Assembly: GCA_965248435.1 (NCBI GenBank)
Contig: OZ252100.1
Coordinates: forward strand, 3,296,001 to 3,360,000
DNA: 64,000 nt
Direction: 5' to 3'
Source of the DNA: Candidatus Latescibacterota bacterium
GTDB lineage: Bacteria; Latescibacterota; UBA2968; GCA-2709665
Positions 9,776 to 19,000 of this stretch are shown piece after piece. Within the stretch, counting starts at the first letter, position 1. Every line of letters starts with the position of its first letter. A model generated the notes under the pieces. It was given only the letters and a program-made list of their open reading frames with translations, searched no databases and was not told the DNA's origin. The translations under genes and the position numbers were made by a program.

Positions 9776-10798
9776 GTGAAAAATCGAGCTGTCGACAAGC
9801 TGAACAGGCCGTTGAAGGACCTGAGGGTATCCGTGACGGACCGGTGCAACTTTCGTTGCACTTACTGCATGCCGGCCGAGATTTTCGGGGAGAAGTACGA
9901 ATTTCTGCCTAAGGATGAGATCCTGACCTTCGAGGAGATTACCCGGCTGGTAAGGCTGTTCGTCGAACTCGGCGTAGACAAGATCAGAATCACGGGCGGT
10001 GAACCTCTGTTACGACACGAGCTCGAGACGCTTGTTGAGCAAATCTCACGGATTGATGGCATTTCCGTCGTGACGCTAACGACGAACGGCGTGCTTTTAC
10101 CGAAGATGGCGAGTTCCCTCAAGGAGGCCGGACTGGGAAGGATCACGGTGAGCCTCGACTCGCCGGATGATGAGGTCTTCAAAGAATTGAACGGCATCGG
10201 ATCGAGTGTGGAAATGGTGCTGGATGGAATCCGAGCTGCCGAGGCGGCGGGGTTCGAACAGATCAAGATCAATGCGGTTGTTCAAAAGGGCGTCAACGAC
10301 CACACGCTAGTGGATCTCGCAGCCCGATTCCGTGGGACGGGTCACATCGTTCGATTTATCGAGTTTATGGATGTGGGTACGCTCAACGGTTGGGAAATGG
10401 GCCAGGTGGTTTCGGCGGAAGAGATCGTGAAGAGGATCGGCGAAGTTTTCCCGCTCGAACCTATCGCTCCAAATTATAGGGGGGAGGTCGCCAACCGCTA
10501 TCGCTACCTGGATGGTGAGGGAGAGATCGGGATTATCGCTTCCGTTACCAAGCCCTTTTGCGGAGACTGCACTCGGGCCAGACTTTCGACCGACGGCAAG
10601 CTCTACACGTGCTTGTTCGCAAACAGTGGAACGGATCTGAGGAAACCCATCAGGGCGGGTGCGCGCGATGCAGACATAATCGACCTTATCGATGAAGTCT
10701 GGCGACGGCGGGAAGATCGGTATTCTGAACTTCGATCGATCGAGACCGCCGAAGCGGGCAACATCCCAAAGGTAGAGATGTACCAGATCGGCGGGTGA
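9776..10798 (+). CDS. moaA: GTP 3',8-cyclase MoaA
   Basis: LRVSVTDRCNFRCTYCM, TGGEP, PFCGDCTRARL and C-terminal MYQIGG. The GTG start at 9776 directly follows the upstream stop. Confidence 0.95.
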   Translation: MKNRAVDKLNRPLKDLRVSVTDRCNFRCTYCMPAEIFGEKYEFLPKDEILTFEEITRLVRLFVELGVDKIRITGGEPLLRHELETLVEQISRIDGISVVTLTTNGVLLPKMASSLKEAGLGRITVSLDSPDDEVFKELNGIGSSVEMVLDGIRAAEAAGFEQIKINAVVQKGVNDHTLVDLAARFRGTGHIVRFIEFMDVGTLNGWEMGQVVSAEEIVKRIGEVFPLEPIAPNYRGEVANRYRYLDGEGEIGIIASVTKPFCGDCTRARLSTDGKLYTCLFANSGTDLRKPIRAGARDADIIDLIDEVWRRREDRYSELRSIETAEAGNIPKVEMYQIGG

Positions 10799-10900
10799 TC
10801 GTGCCCGCTGCGGGCAGGGACTTAGGTGTGGGCGCAATGGCCTGCACCTTTCGTCATTGATGCGTGAGGCTGTTCGTTGCTCTTCCAAGGAGGTATGGTT

Positions 10901-12010
10901 TTGTCTGAGGCCCTGGCCCCCACATCGACGGATCAAGCCCATTCTATAGATCCGAACGCCGTATCCCTGATCGACAGCGATGTACACAATTATCCAGATA
11001 CGATCGATGAACTCATGCCATTTCTCTCGGAGCGATGGCAGGCGTACATCAAACAGTCGGGGTTCAAACGTCCACCGATAGAACATTATCCCAAGGTGTA
11101 CCAAGCCGCCGCTCGCAGGGACGCGTGGCCGCCGAGTGGCAAGATTCCTGGAAGTGACCCGGAATTTTCCCGCGCCCAGCTGCTGGATGAATGGAAAATC
11201 GACTATGCTATCCTGAATCCGCTCTATTTCGTTTCAGGGATCCACAACCCGGATTTTGCCAATGCGTTGATGCGAGCAATTAACGATTGGACTGCTTCGG
11301 TCTGGCTCGACTCGGATGCACGCTGGCGCGGATCTATCATGCCCAACGTGCGCGATCCGCAAAGCGCGGCGGAGGAGATTCGTCGGGTTGCTCAAGACCG
11401 TCGTTTTGTCCAGGTGCTTCTTATGGTCCGGTCTCACGCGCCCTACGGTCGCAGGGAATTTCTTCCGATCTTCGAGGCCGCGAGCGAAATGGACCTACCC
11501 GTTGGCATTCATTTCGGCGGAGGCGGAAATCCGATCACGGCCTGCGGATGGCCTTCGTATTACATCGAGGATCACACCGGAATGGCGCAGGCCTTCCAGA
11601 CGCAAGTGATCAGTCTGGTCTGCGAGGGCGTTTTCGAGAAGTTTCCCAAGACTCGGGTTGCACTCATCGAGGGCGGGTTCGCCTGGCTCCCGGCATTGAT
11701 GTGGCGGCTGGACAAGAATTTCAGGGGACTTCGGAGCGAGGTGCCCTGGCTCAAGCGTGCGCCCAGTGAGTACATCCTGGAGCACTTCCGTGCGACGACT
11801 CAGCCTATGGAAGAACCCCAGGATCCAAAACACCTGGTGCAGGTCCTGGACATGATCGGGAGAGATGATTTCCTCCTGTTCGCCACAGACTACCCGCACT
11901 GGGATTTCGATTCGCCTGATCGTGCGCTTCCGGGAATCCTCCCGGATGAACTCGTGAGGGCTATCAAGGCGACAAACGCCCTAAGATTCTATGACTTCGA
12001 ATCTGCGTGA
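10901..12010 (+). CDS. Amidohydrolase_2 family metal-dependent hydrolase
   Basis: IDSDVH, IEGGFAWLP, LLFATDYPHWDFD; AGGAGG RBS before TTG 10901. Confidence 0.85.
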   Translation: MSEALAPTSTDQAHSIDPNAVSLIDSDVHNYPDTIDELMPFLSERWQAYIKQSGFKRPPIEHYPKVYQAAARRDAWPPSGKIPGSDPEFSRAQLLDEWKIDYAILNPLYFVSGIHNPDFANALMRAINDWTASVWLDSDARWRGSIMPNVRDPQSAAEEIRRVAQDRRFVQVLLMVRSHAPYGRREFLPIFEAASEMDLPVGIHFGGGGNPITACGWPSYYIEDHTGMAQAFQTQVISLVCEGVFEKFPKTRVALIEGGFAWLPALMWRLDKNFRGLRSEVPWLKRAPSEYILEHFRATTQPMEEPQDPKHLVQVLDMIGRDDFLLFATDYPHWDFDSPDRALPGILPDELVRAIKATNALRFYDFESA

Positions 12011-12356
12011 CATCGGGGCCGAGTCCGATTTTGAAGGCGGCAGGCCCTACGGAGTGGATGTGGACGGCCGGGCCCTGGTGGTCGTTCGGAAAGGGGATAC
12101 TTTCTATGCCGTGAGGGATACCTGCGCCCACCAGGGGGCGCGACTGTCGAATGGCCGCGTCGGGGGCACCACACTTCCGTGCGAGCCTGGATCCCCAGTC
12201 CCTTACGGCCGTTGCGGGGAGGTCCTGACCTGCCCGTGGCACGGGTGGGAGTACGATCTGACCACGGGTCAGACCCTGGCAGACCCCTGTGGTGCTAGAG
12301 TTCGTTCTTATCCTGCGCGGCTCGAAGGGGGTCGCGTCTTCGTCGAATTGAAATGA
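11991..12356 (+). CDS. Small Rieske [2Fe-2S] protein
   Basis: CAH...CPWHGWEYDL Rieske motifs; overlaps the amidohydrolase stop. Confidence 0.9.
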   Translation: MTSNLRDIGAESDFEGGRPYGVDVDGRALVVVRKGDTFYAVRDTCAHQGARLSNGRVGGTTLPCEPGSPVPYGRCGEVLTCPWHGWEYDLTTGQTLADPCGARVRSYPARLEGGRVFVELK

Positions 12357-12494
12357 GTTCCGACTGGCGCAAAAGGCTTGACAGATCTTGTTTTTTGGTT
12401 ATTTTGGATAATTGATATAAAGTTGATCAAGTTACTAAACAATACTTTCCCGTCTTGATCCGAAGTCGATTCCACCCGAAGAAAAGGCGGTTTC

Positions 12495-14759
12495 ATGATG
12501 AGCAACCCAACGACCTGGAAAGAAAAGCTTGCTGATCGAATTCCGGAAGACCTCGGACGAGAGGTCGATATCTTCGAGACCCAGATCGAGCTGAGAAAAC
12601 AGGGCAAGGTCAATGAGGTTGTCTTCGCGGAGACGCGTCTCCGGCGAGGGGTCTACGGACAACGGTATGACAACGGGCAGCGCTTCGACGGGGCGCGAAC
12701 GAAGGCGCTCAATTATCCGAACGGTGACCTGATTAAGGGCCCTGACACGGTTTGGGATGCCCCAGGAATGCAGCGGATCAAGATTCCGTTCGGCGGCCTG
12801 ACCGCAGAACAGATGGACGTTCTGGCCGATCTTTCTGAGGAGTATTCAGACGCGATCTGCCACGTGACCACCCGCCAGGATATTCAGCTTCACTTCGTTC
12901 ATATCGATGACACCCTCGACATCATGCGCCGGCTGGCCGCAGTAGGAATTACGACCCAGGAGGCCTGCGGCAACTCGGTGCGAAACGTAACGGCCTGTCC
13001 GCTTTCCGGGGTTTGCAGAGGTGAGGCCTTCGACGTTACCCCTTACGCCAGGGGTTGTTCGAAATTCCTTCTTGGTCATCCGGACGCCCAGGATTTCGGG
13101 CGAAAATTCAAGATCGCCTTCTCTGGCTGCAAGCACGAGGCCTGCGGTCTGACCAGCATGCACGATATGGGCGCGATTGCGGTCAAACGCGTCGTTGACG
13201 GGGAAGAGAGGCGCGGGTTCGAGCTCTACGTGGGCGGTGGGCTCGGTGCGGTGCCTCACCAGGCCAAGCTCTTCGATGAATTTCTGGCCGAAGAGGAGCT
13301 CCTTCCGACAGCACAGGCGATGGCGCGTGTCTTCGCGAGGCTGGGAGAAAAGCGCAATCGAGCTCGTGCACGCATCAAGTTCCTGGTCGCCAAGCTAGGC
13401 ATCGATGAATTCCGCCGGCTCGTGCTCGAGGAGCGCGAGAGGCTGTCGGAGGACCCGGAATGGACCGCTTTTTTTTCCGACCTGAATGCTTACGATGAAA
13501 CGCCCCTGAGGATCGCTCAACCGCTGAACGGCCGCGCGATGCCGGAAGGGTTTGATGAGTGGTATCGGACTAACGTCTACGAGCAACGCCAGGAGGGGTA
13601 CACCGTCGTGACCGTGACACTGCCCCTCGGTGACATTACTGCCAATCAGCTTCGTTCCCTTGCAGAGTTATCCCGGCGCTTCGTGAAGGACTCCGTCCGT
13701 ACCACGGTTGAACAGAATGTCGTGTTGAGGTGGGTAAGTGCGGCAGATGTGCCTGAGCTGTATGCCGCCCTGAAAGAGATCGGTCTGGATGAGCCTGGGG
13801 CCGGGACGATCGTGGACGTGACGGCCTGCCCGGGCACCGATACCTGTAAGCTCGGTATTGCGTCCTCCCGGGGCCTCGCGGCCGAGCTTCGCACCCGCCT
13901 GGCGGAAAAGAGTCTGGAGCTGGATCAGGCCGTCGAGAACCTCCGGATCAAGATCAGCGGATGTTTCAACTCGTGCGGCCAGCACCACGTCGCCGACCTG
14001 GGGTTTTACGGGATCAGCCGCAAGTTGAACGGTTTCACCGTTCCACACTTTCAGGTGGTCCTTGGCGGTCAGTGGAGTGAAAACGCGGCCTCCTATGGAC
14101 TCCCCGTCGCGGCCGTGCCATCCAAACGTATTCCCGATGTGGTGGCCCGAATTACCGAAAGTTTTATTCAGGGCCGGACAAACGGGGAGAGCTTCCAGGA
14201 GTTCGTGAAGCGGATTGGGAAAAAAGAGGTGAAGGGATTGCTCGAGGACCTGACGGAAGTTCCCGAGCACGAGGCGGATCGATCTTTCTATCAAGATTGG
14301 GGAGACACTCGAGAATTCACGACCGGGGATATGGCCAAGGGAGAATGCGCAGGAGAAGTGGTCCCGCTCGTCGAGTTCGAGCTTACCGGGAGCGAACGCG
14401 AAGCGTTCGAGTCCCAGATCCAGCTGGATGAAGGGGACCATGTGGGCGCTGCCAGGACTGCTTACACGGCTATGTTACACGCGGCCAAGGCGCTCGTGAA
14501 GACGCAGTTCCTGGATGTTCCCGAAGAGCCGGATCGGATTGTGGATGAGTTTCGTAAACGGTTTTACGACACCGAGCTTTTCTTCGACCGATTCGCGAAG
14601 GATAAATTTGCCAACTACCTGTTTCGCGCCCACGGTCTCGAGCGTGAGGCGAAAGATACATGTACGGTGGACATGGCCCGTGAGCGGATCGAGGAAGCCC
14701 AGCTGTTCATCGAGGCGGCCTACAGCTGCCAGGGTAAGATGAACGTCGTGTCGGCGTAA
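12495..14759 (+). CDS. Ferredoxin-dependent siroheme nitrite/sulfite reductase with C-terminal extension
   Basis: HVTTRQDIQ, RKFKIAFSGC, ACPGTDTC...SGCFNSCGQH siroheme/4Fe-4S ligands. Confidence 0.88.
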   Translation: MMSNPTTWKEKLADRIPEDLGREVDIFETQIELRKQGKVNEVVFAETRLRRGVYGQRYDNGQRFDGARTKALNYPNGDLIKGPDTVWDAPGMQRIKIPFGGLTAEQMDVLADLSEEYSDAICHVTTRQDIQLHFVHIDDTLDIMRRLAAVGITTQEACGNSVRNVTACPLSGVCRGEAFDVTPYARGCSKFLLGHPDAQDFGRKFKIAFSGCKHEACGLTSMHDMGAIAVKRVVDGEERRGFELYVGGGLGAVPHQAKLFDEFLAEEELLPTAQAMARVFARLGEKRNRARARIKFLVAKLGIDEFRRLVLEERERLSEDPEWTAFFSDLNAYDETPLRIAQPLNGRAMPEGFDEWYRTNVYEQRQEGYTVVTVTLPLGDITANQLRSLAELSRRFVKDSVRTTVEQNVVLRWVSAADVPELYAALKEIGLDEPGAGTIVDVTACPGTDTCKLGIASSRGLAAELRTRLAEKSLELDQAVENLRIKISGCFNSCGQHHVADLGFYGISRKLNGFTVPHFQVVLGGQWSENAASYGLPVAAVPSKRIPDVVARITESFIQGRTNGESFQEFVKRIGKKEVKGLLEDLTEVPEHEADRSFYQDWGDTREFTTGDMAKGECAGEVVPLVEFELTGSEREAFESQIQLDEGDHVGAARTAYTAMLHAAKALVKTQFLDVPEEPDRIVDEFRKRFYDTELFFDRFAKDKFANYLFRAHGLEREAKDTCTVDMARERIEEAQLFIEAAYSCQGKMNVVSA

Positions 14760-14833
14760 GCCTAAGGATCATACAGGACCGAGGAGGTTTGGACCAGGGG
14801 CTTCAGGTCGGGTTCCTGGTCCTTTTCCATCAC

Positions 14834-15403
14834 GTGGACATACACAAGATAGACATAAAGTTCTACCTGTACGAGGGAGGGGAGCTTGAACCTGAGACCT
14901 GGTTCAGGACCTTCAATTCGTGGATCTCGGACACATCGGACGAAGTCCTTGTAGACGTGACCGATTACAGCCACGTTCATGCCGGCCCTGTGACGCTTCT
15001 GGTGGGGCACGACGCGAATTACAGCATCGACAACACGGATGAAATGCCCGGGCTGCTCTACCAGCGGAAGGGTCGTCTGGAAGGCAGCTTGAGTGACCGG
15101 CTTCGAAGCGTCTTCGCTGCAGCGCTCAAGGCGTGCGGCCGCCTCCAGGCGGACCCCCTGGTGGAGGGGCGCGTCAAGTTCCGGGGAGATGAAGTTCTGC
15201 TTATCGTGAACGATCGGCTCAGGGCGCCGAACACGGAAGAGACGTTTGGGGCCATTCGACCTGACCTGGTGGAATTGCTAAAAAAGCTGTTCAGTGGGGC
15301 AGAATACGCACTGGAACGGGATCCGGATCCCAAACATAGATTCAGCCTTCGTGTCAAGGTGAGCGGATCCTTTGAAATATATAACTTGTTGGAAAACATT
15401 TAG
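14834..15403 (+). CDS. Conserved hypothetical protein (DVTDYSHVHAGP motif) linked to the reductase
   Basis: Co-oriented ORF with protein-like composition; start uncertain (TTG 14789 or GTG 14834). Confidence 0.7.
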   Translation: MDIHKIDIKFYLYEGGELEPETWFRTFNSWISDTSDEVLVDVTDYSHVHAGPVTLLVGHDANYSIDNTDEMPGLLYQRKGRLEGSLSDRLRSVFAAALKACGRLQADPLVEGRVKFRGDEVLLIVNDRLRAPNTEETFGAIRPDLVELLKKLFSGAEYALERDPDPKHRFSLRVKVSGSFEIYNLLENI

Positions 15404-15426
15404 ATATACTAAAAAACCTTTAATGC

Positions 15427-15454
15427 TTGACAAAAGATAAGAAGTCTTTATATT
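15427..15454 (+). promoter_or_regulatory. sigma70 promoter of ferredoxin
   Basis: TTGACA-16 nt-TATATT in an AT-rich intergenic region. Confidence 0.55.
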
Positions 15455-15552
15455 TCCGAAAGTCAGCGAGGAAAGGCGCCGTTTAATCCGAATTTTCTGC
15501 GCCTTCCCGGAATAATACGGTTGTGTGAAATACACTGAAGGGGACAAGAGGG

Positions 15553-15816
15553 ATGGCTTATATCATCGCCGAGCCGTGTGTTGACGTTATGGACCGAGCC
15601 TGCGTTGAGGTCTGTCCGGTGGATTGCATATACGAGCCCGAAGCGACCAATTTACCGGAGGATGAACAGAGAAAGATGCTCTACATTCACCCCGAAGAGT
15701 GCATCGACTGCGGGGCTTGTGAGCCGGAATGCCCGGTAGAGGCGATATTTGAAGAAGAAGATACTCCCGAAGAGTGGAAGGAGTACATCGAAATCAACGC
15801 AAAGGCGTTCGAATAG
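15553..15816 (+). CDS. fdxA: FdxA-type (7Fe) ferredoxin
   Basis: [17 protein letters not shown] and [16 protein letters not shown]. Confidence 0.9.
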   Translation: MAYIIAEPCVDVMDRACVEVCPVDCIYEPEATNLPEDEQRKMLYIHPEECIDCGACEPECPVEAIFEEEDTPEEWKEYIEINAKAFE

Positions 15817-15850
15817 ATCTTTTCCGCTGCGAGGGCGGAGAGCCGTTGGG

Positions 15851-15893
15851 AAATGTCCGAATCAGTTGTCGATTCGGACATTTTGCTTTGTTT
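15851..15893 (+). terminator. Intrinsic terminator after ferredoxin
   Basis: aaatgtccgaatc/gattcggacattt 13-bp stem plus T-rich tail. Confidence 0.75.
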
Positions 15894-16073
15894 GTGCTCT
15901 CGTTTTCCGTGTGTTATATTATTCTGTACTACAGTTCGGAGGTAAGGGCCCAAGCCCCCGGATAGTAACCTCCCCTCGAGTCATTCAGAACCTGCCAAAC
16001 CAGACTGCCTCCCCGATCATTAACCGGGTGTTCGGATAGATTGACGTTTTTTAGAGCGAGAGGTTGAGTTCCA

Positions 16074-19000
16074 ATGCAGCAGCGTTGCAACTCCAGAAAA
16101 GGGCTGTATCACCCCGAGTTTGAGCACGACGCCTGCGGCGTCGGGTTCATCGCCGACATCACGGGCCATAGAAGCTACGAGATCGTCCGTAAAGCGGTCC
16201 AGGCCGTGGCCAACCTCACCCACCGGGGTGCCGTGGATGCTGACGCGAAGACCGGGGACGGGGCGGGAATCCTGACGCAAATTCCTCGCAAGCTCTTTTC
16301 CCGTGAAGTGGAACGACTGGGTCACCGCGCCCTCGAGGGGGAAGACCTGGCCGTGGGGATGATCTTCCTGCCCAGGCTGGATGCAGCGGCCAACAATCGG
16401 TGTCGGGTGACGATCGAGGAGGCGGTGGATCATTACGACCTTACCTTCTTCGGATGGCGTCAAGTTCCTGTGGAGGTTTCCGTTCTCGGGGATACGGCTG
16501 CCGAACTGCTTCCAGACATTCAGCAAGTACTTATCGGGCGGCCCGGGAGCATGTCTGAGGTCGAATTCGAACGTTCCCTCTATCTGGTTCGGAAACAGAT
16601 CGAACGGTCCGTCTACCGCCACGGAATACGCGGCTGCTATATCTGTTCCCTTTCCAACCGGACGATCATCTACAAGGGAATGATGGTCGCGCCGCAGCTC
16701 TCCCGGTTTTACAAAGACCTAAAGAATCCGGATTTTGAGTCGGCTTTGGCCATCTTTCATCAGCGCTACAGCACGAATACGATGCCGAACTGGTTTCTCG
16801 CACAGCCCTTCCGCTTCCTCGCGCACAACGGCGAAATCAACACTTTGAAGGGGAACGTGAACTGGATCCGGGCGCGGGAGCCTGAGCTCAAGTCGAAGAT
16901 GTGGGGCCAGCAGATCAGCCGACTCCGGCCGATCATAGATCCGCTCGTGGCGAGCGATTCGGCCCGTATGGACAACGCCTTCGAATCCCTCGTGCTCTCA
17001 GGCCGGGATCCCATGCACGTGACGATGATGCTGATTCCCGAGGCCTATCAGAATATGCCGAATATGGATGAGGACCTCAGGGCGTTCTACGAGTTTCACG
17101 ACTGCCTGATGGAGCCGTGGGACGGACCTGCAGCGGTGGCCTTCAGCGACGGATCGGTCGTGGGGGCTGCGCTTGATCGGAACGGGCTTCGACCTGCACG
17201 TTACAAGGTTACAGATGACGGTCTCGTAATCATGGGTTCCGAAGTCGGGCTGCTTGAAGTAGACGATCGGAGGATCGTCAAGAAGGGCCGCCTTGGACCC
17301 GGGCAGATGATCGCTGTGGATACACGGCGCGGCGTTCTTCTGGACAACCAAGAGATCAAGAGTCAAATCGCCCGACGCAGGCCATTTGGCCAGTGGATCC
17401 GGGAGAACCTGATTCGGTTCGAGAGAGGCCGCTGCTCGGTGGAGCCGACGCCGGATGCTTCGGTTGAGGACTCAAATCTCAAGCAGCGTCAAAAGGCGTT
17501 CGGCTACACAGCCGACGAGATGGACTATGTCCTCGTTCCGATGGCGAATGACGCGAAGGAGCCGGTCGGTTCGATGGGAGATGATACGCCGCTCGCCTTT
17601 CTTTCTCGGAAACCCAAGCCGCTCTTCAATTACTTCACCCAGCTTTTCGCCCAGGTGACAAATCCCCCAATAGACCCTCTTCGAGAGGCACTGGTGATGT
17701 CACTCGACTTGCTCCTGGGATATCGTAGAAATTTGCTTGAGGAGAGTGAGAAACAGGCCAGACTCATCCGTCTTAGATCTCCGATTCTACTCAACTCAGA
17801 GCTGAACCATCTCCGTAGCATGATCGTGCCTGAGTTTGCCTCTGAAACTTTGCCGACGCTCTTCAATCCGGAGGAGGGTGCCGAGGGTCTTCGAAGAGCA
17901 CTGGACTGGGTATGCGCCCGGGCGGTTCAGGCAGTAGAAGGGGGCAGATCCCTGTTGATCTTGAGTGACAGAGGTGTTGGACCTTCGCGCGCACCGATTC
18001 CTATGCTGCTCGCCGTTGGGGCTGTACACTACCACCTGATTCGCGAACGAAAGCGAATGCAAGCCAGCCTGATCGTTGAATCCGGAGAGCCGCGGGAGGT
18101 TCACCACTTTGCGGCCTTGATTGGCTATGGGGCCAGCGCCGTTAATCCATATCTGGCTTATGAGACACTCAACGAGCTGGTAGGAGAGGGGGAGCTGGAG
18201 GATGAAGTGGTTTTCCCAAAGGCTCTGGCAAACTACCGCAAAGCATTGGAGGCAGGCCTCCTCAAGATCATGTCCAAGATGGGAATCTCAACGCTTTCGA
18301 GTTATCACGGCGCGCAGATTTTCGAATCCATCGGGCTCCACCAGGACTTGATCGATCGATACTTTACTGGAACCCATTCTCAGGTGGGGGGTATCGGACT
18401 GGAAGAGATTGCGGCCGATGTCCTTGAATTACACGCTCAGGCGTTCGGGCCTGACAAAAAGCCAGCCTTGCAGGACATGGGTATCTACCGGTTTCGGCGG
18501 GGCGGAGAGTACCATGCCCTGAATCCGCTCATCTTCAAGGCCATTCACAAAGTAGCAAAAAGTGGGGCTTACGAAGATTATCGGGAATACGCCAGGCTGG
18601 TCGGAAGCCGGCCACCATCAGCGCTGAGAGATCTGATGGCACTGGAGAGGGGGAGCAGCATCCCTCTGGACGAAGTCGAACCCGTGGAAGCCATTTGCAG
18701 GCGGTTTACGACTGCGGCCATGTCCCACGGGGCTCTTTCACGTGAGGCGCACGAGACGCTGGCGATTGCGATGAACCGGATGGGGGGTAAGAGCAACAGC
18801 GGGGAAGGTGGAGAAGACCCCGACCGATACCATCGTCTTCCCAACGGCGATTGGCCAAACAGCGCGATCAAGCAGGTCGCTTCAGGGCGATTCGGCGTTA
18901 CTCCGCAGTATCTGGTCTCGGCGCGTGAGCTGGAAATCAAGATGGCCCAGGGCTCCAAACCGGGAGAGGGGGGACAGCTCCCTGGACACAAGGTATCGGC

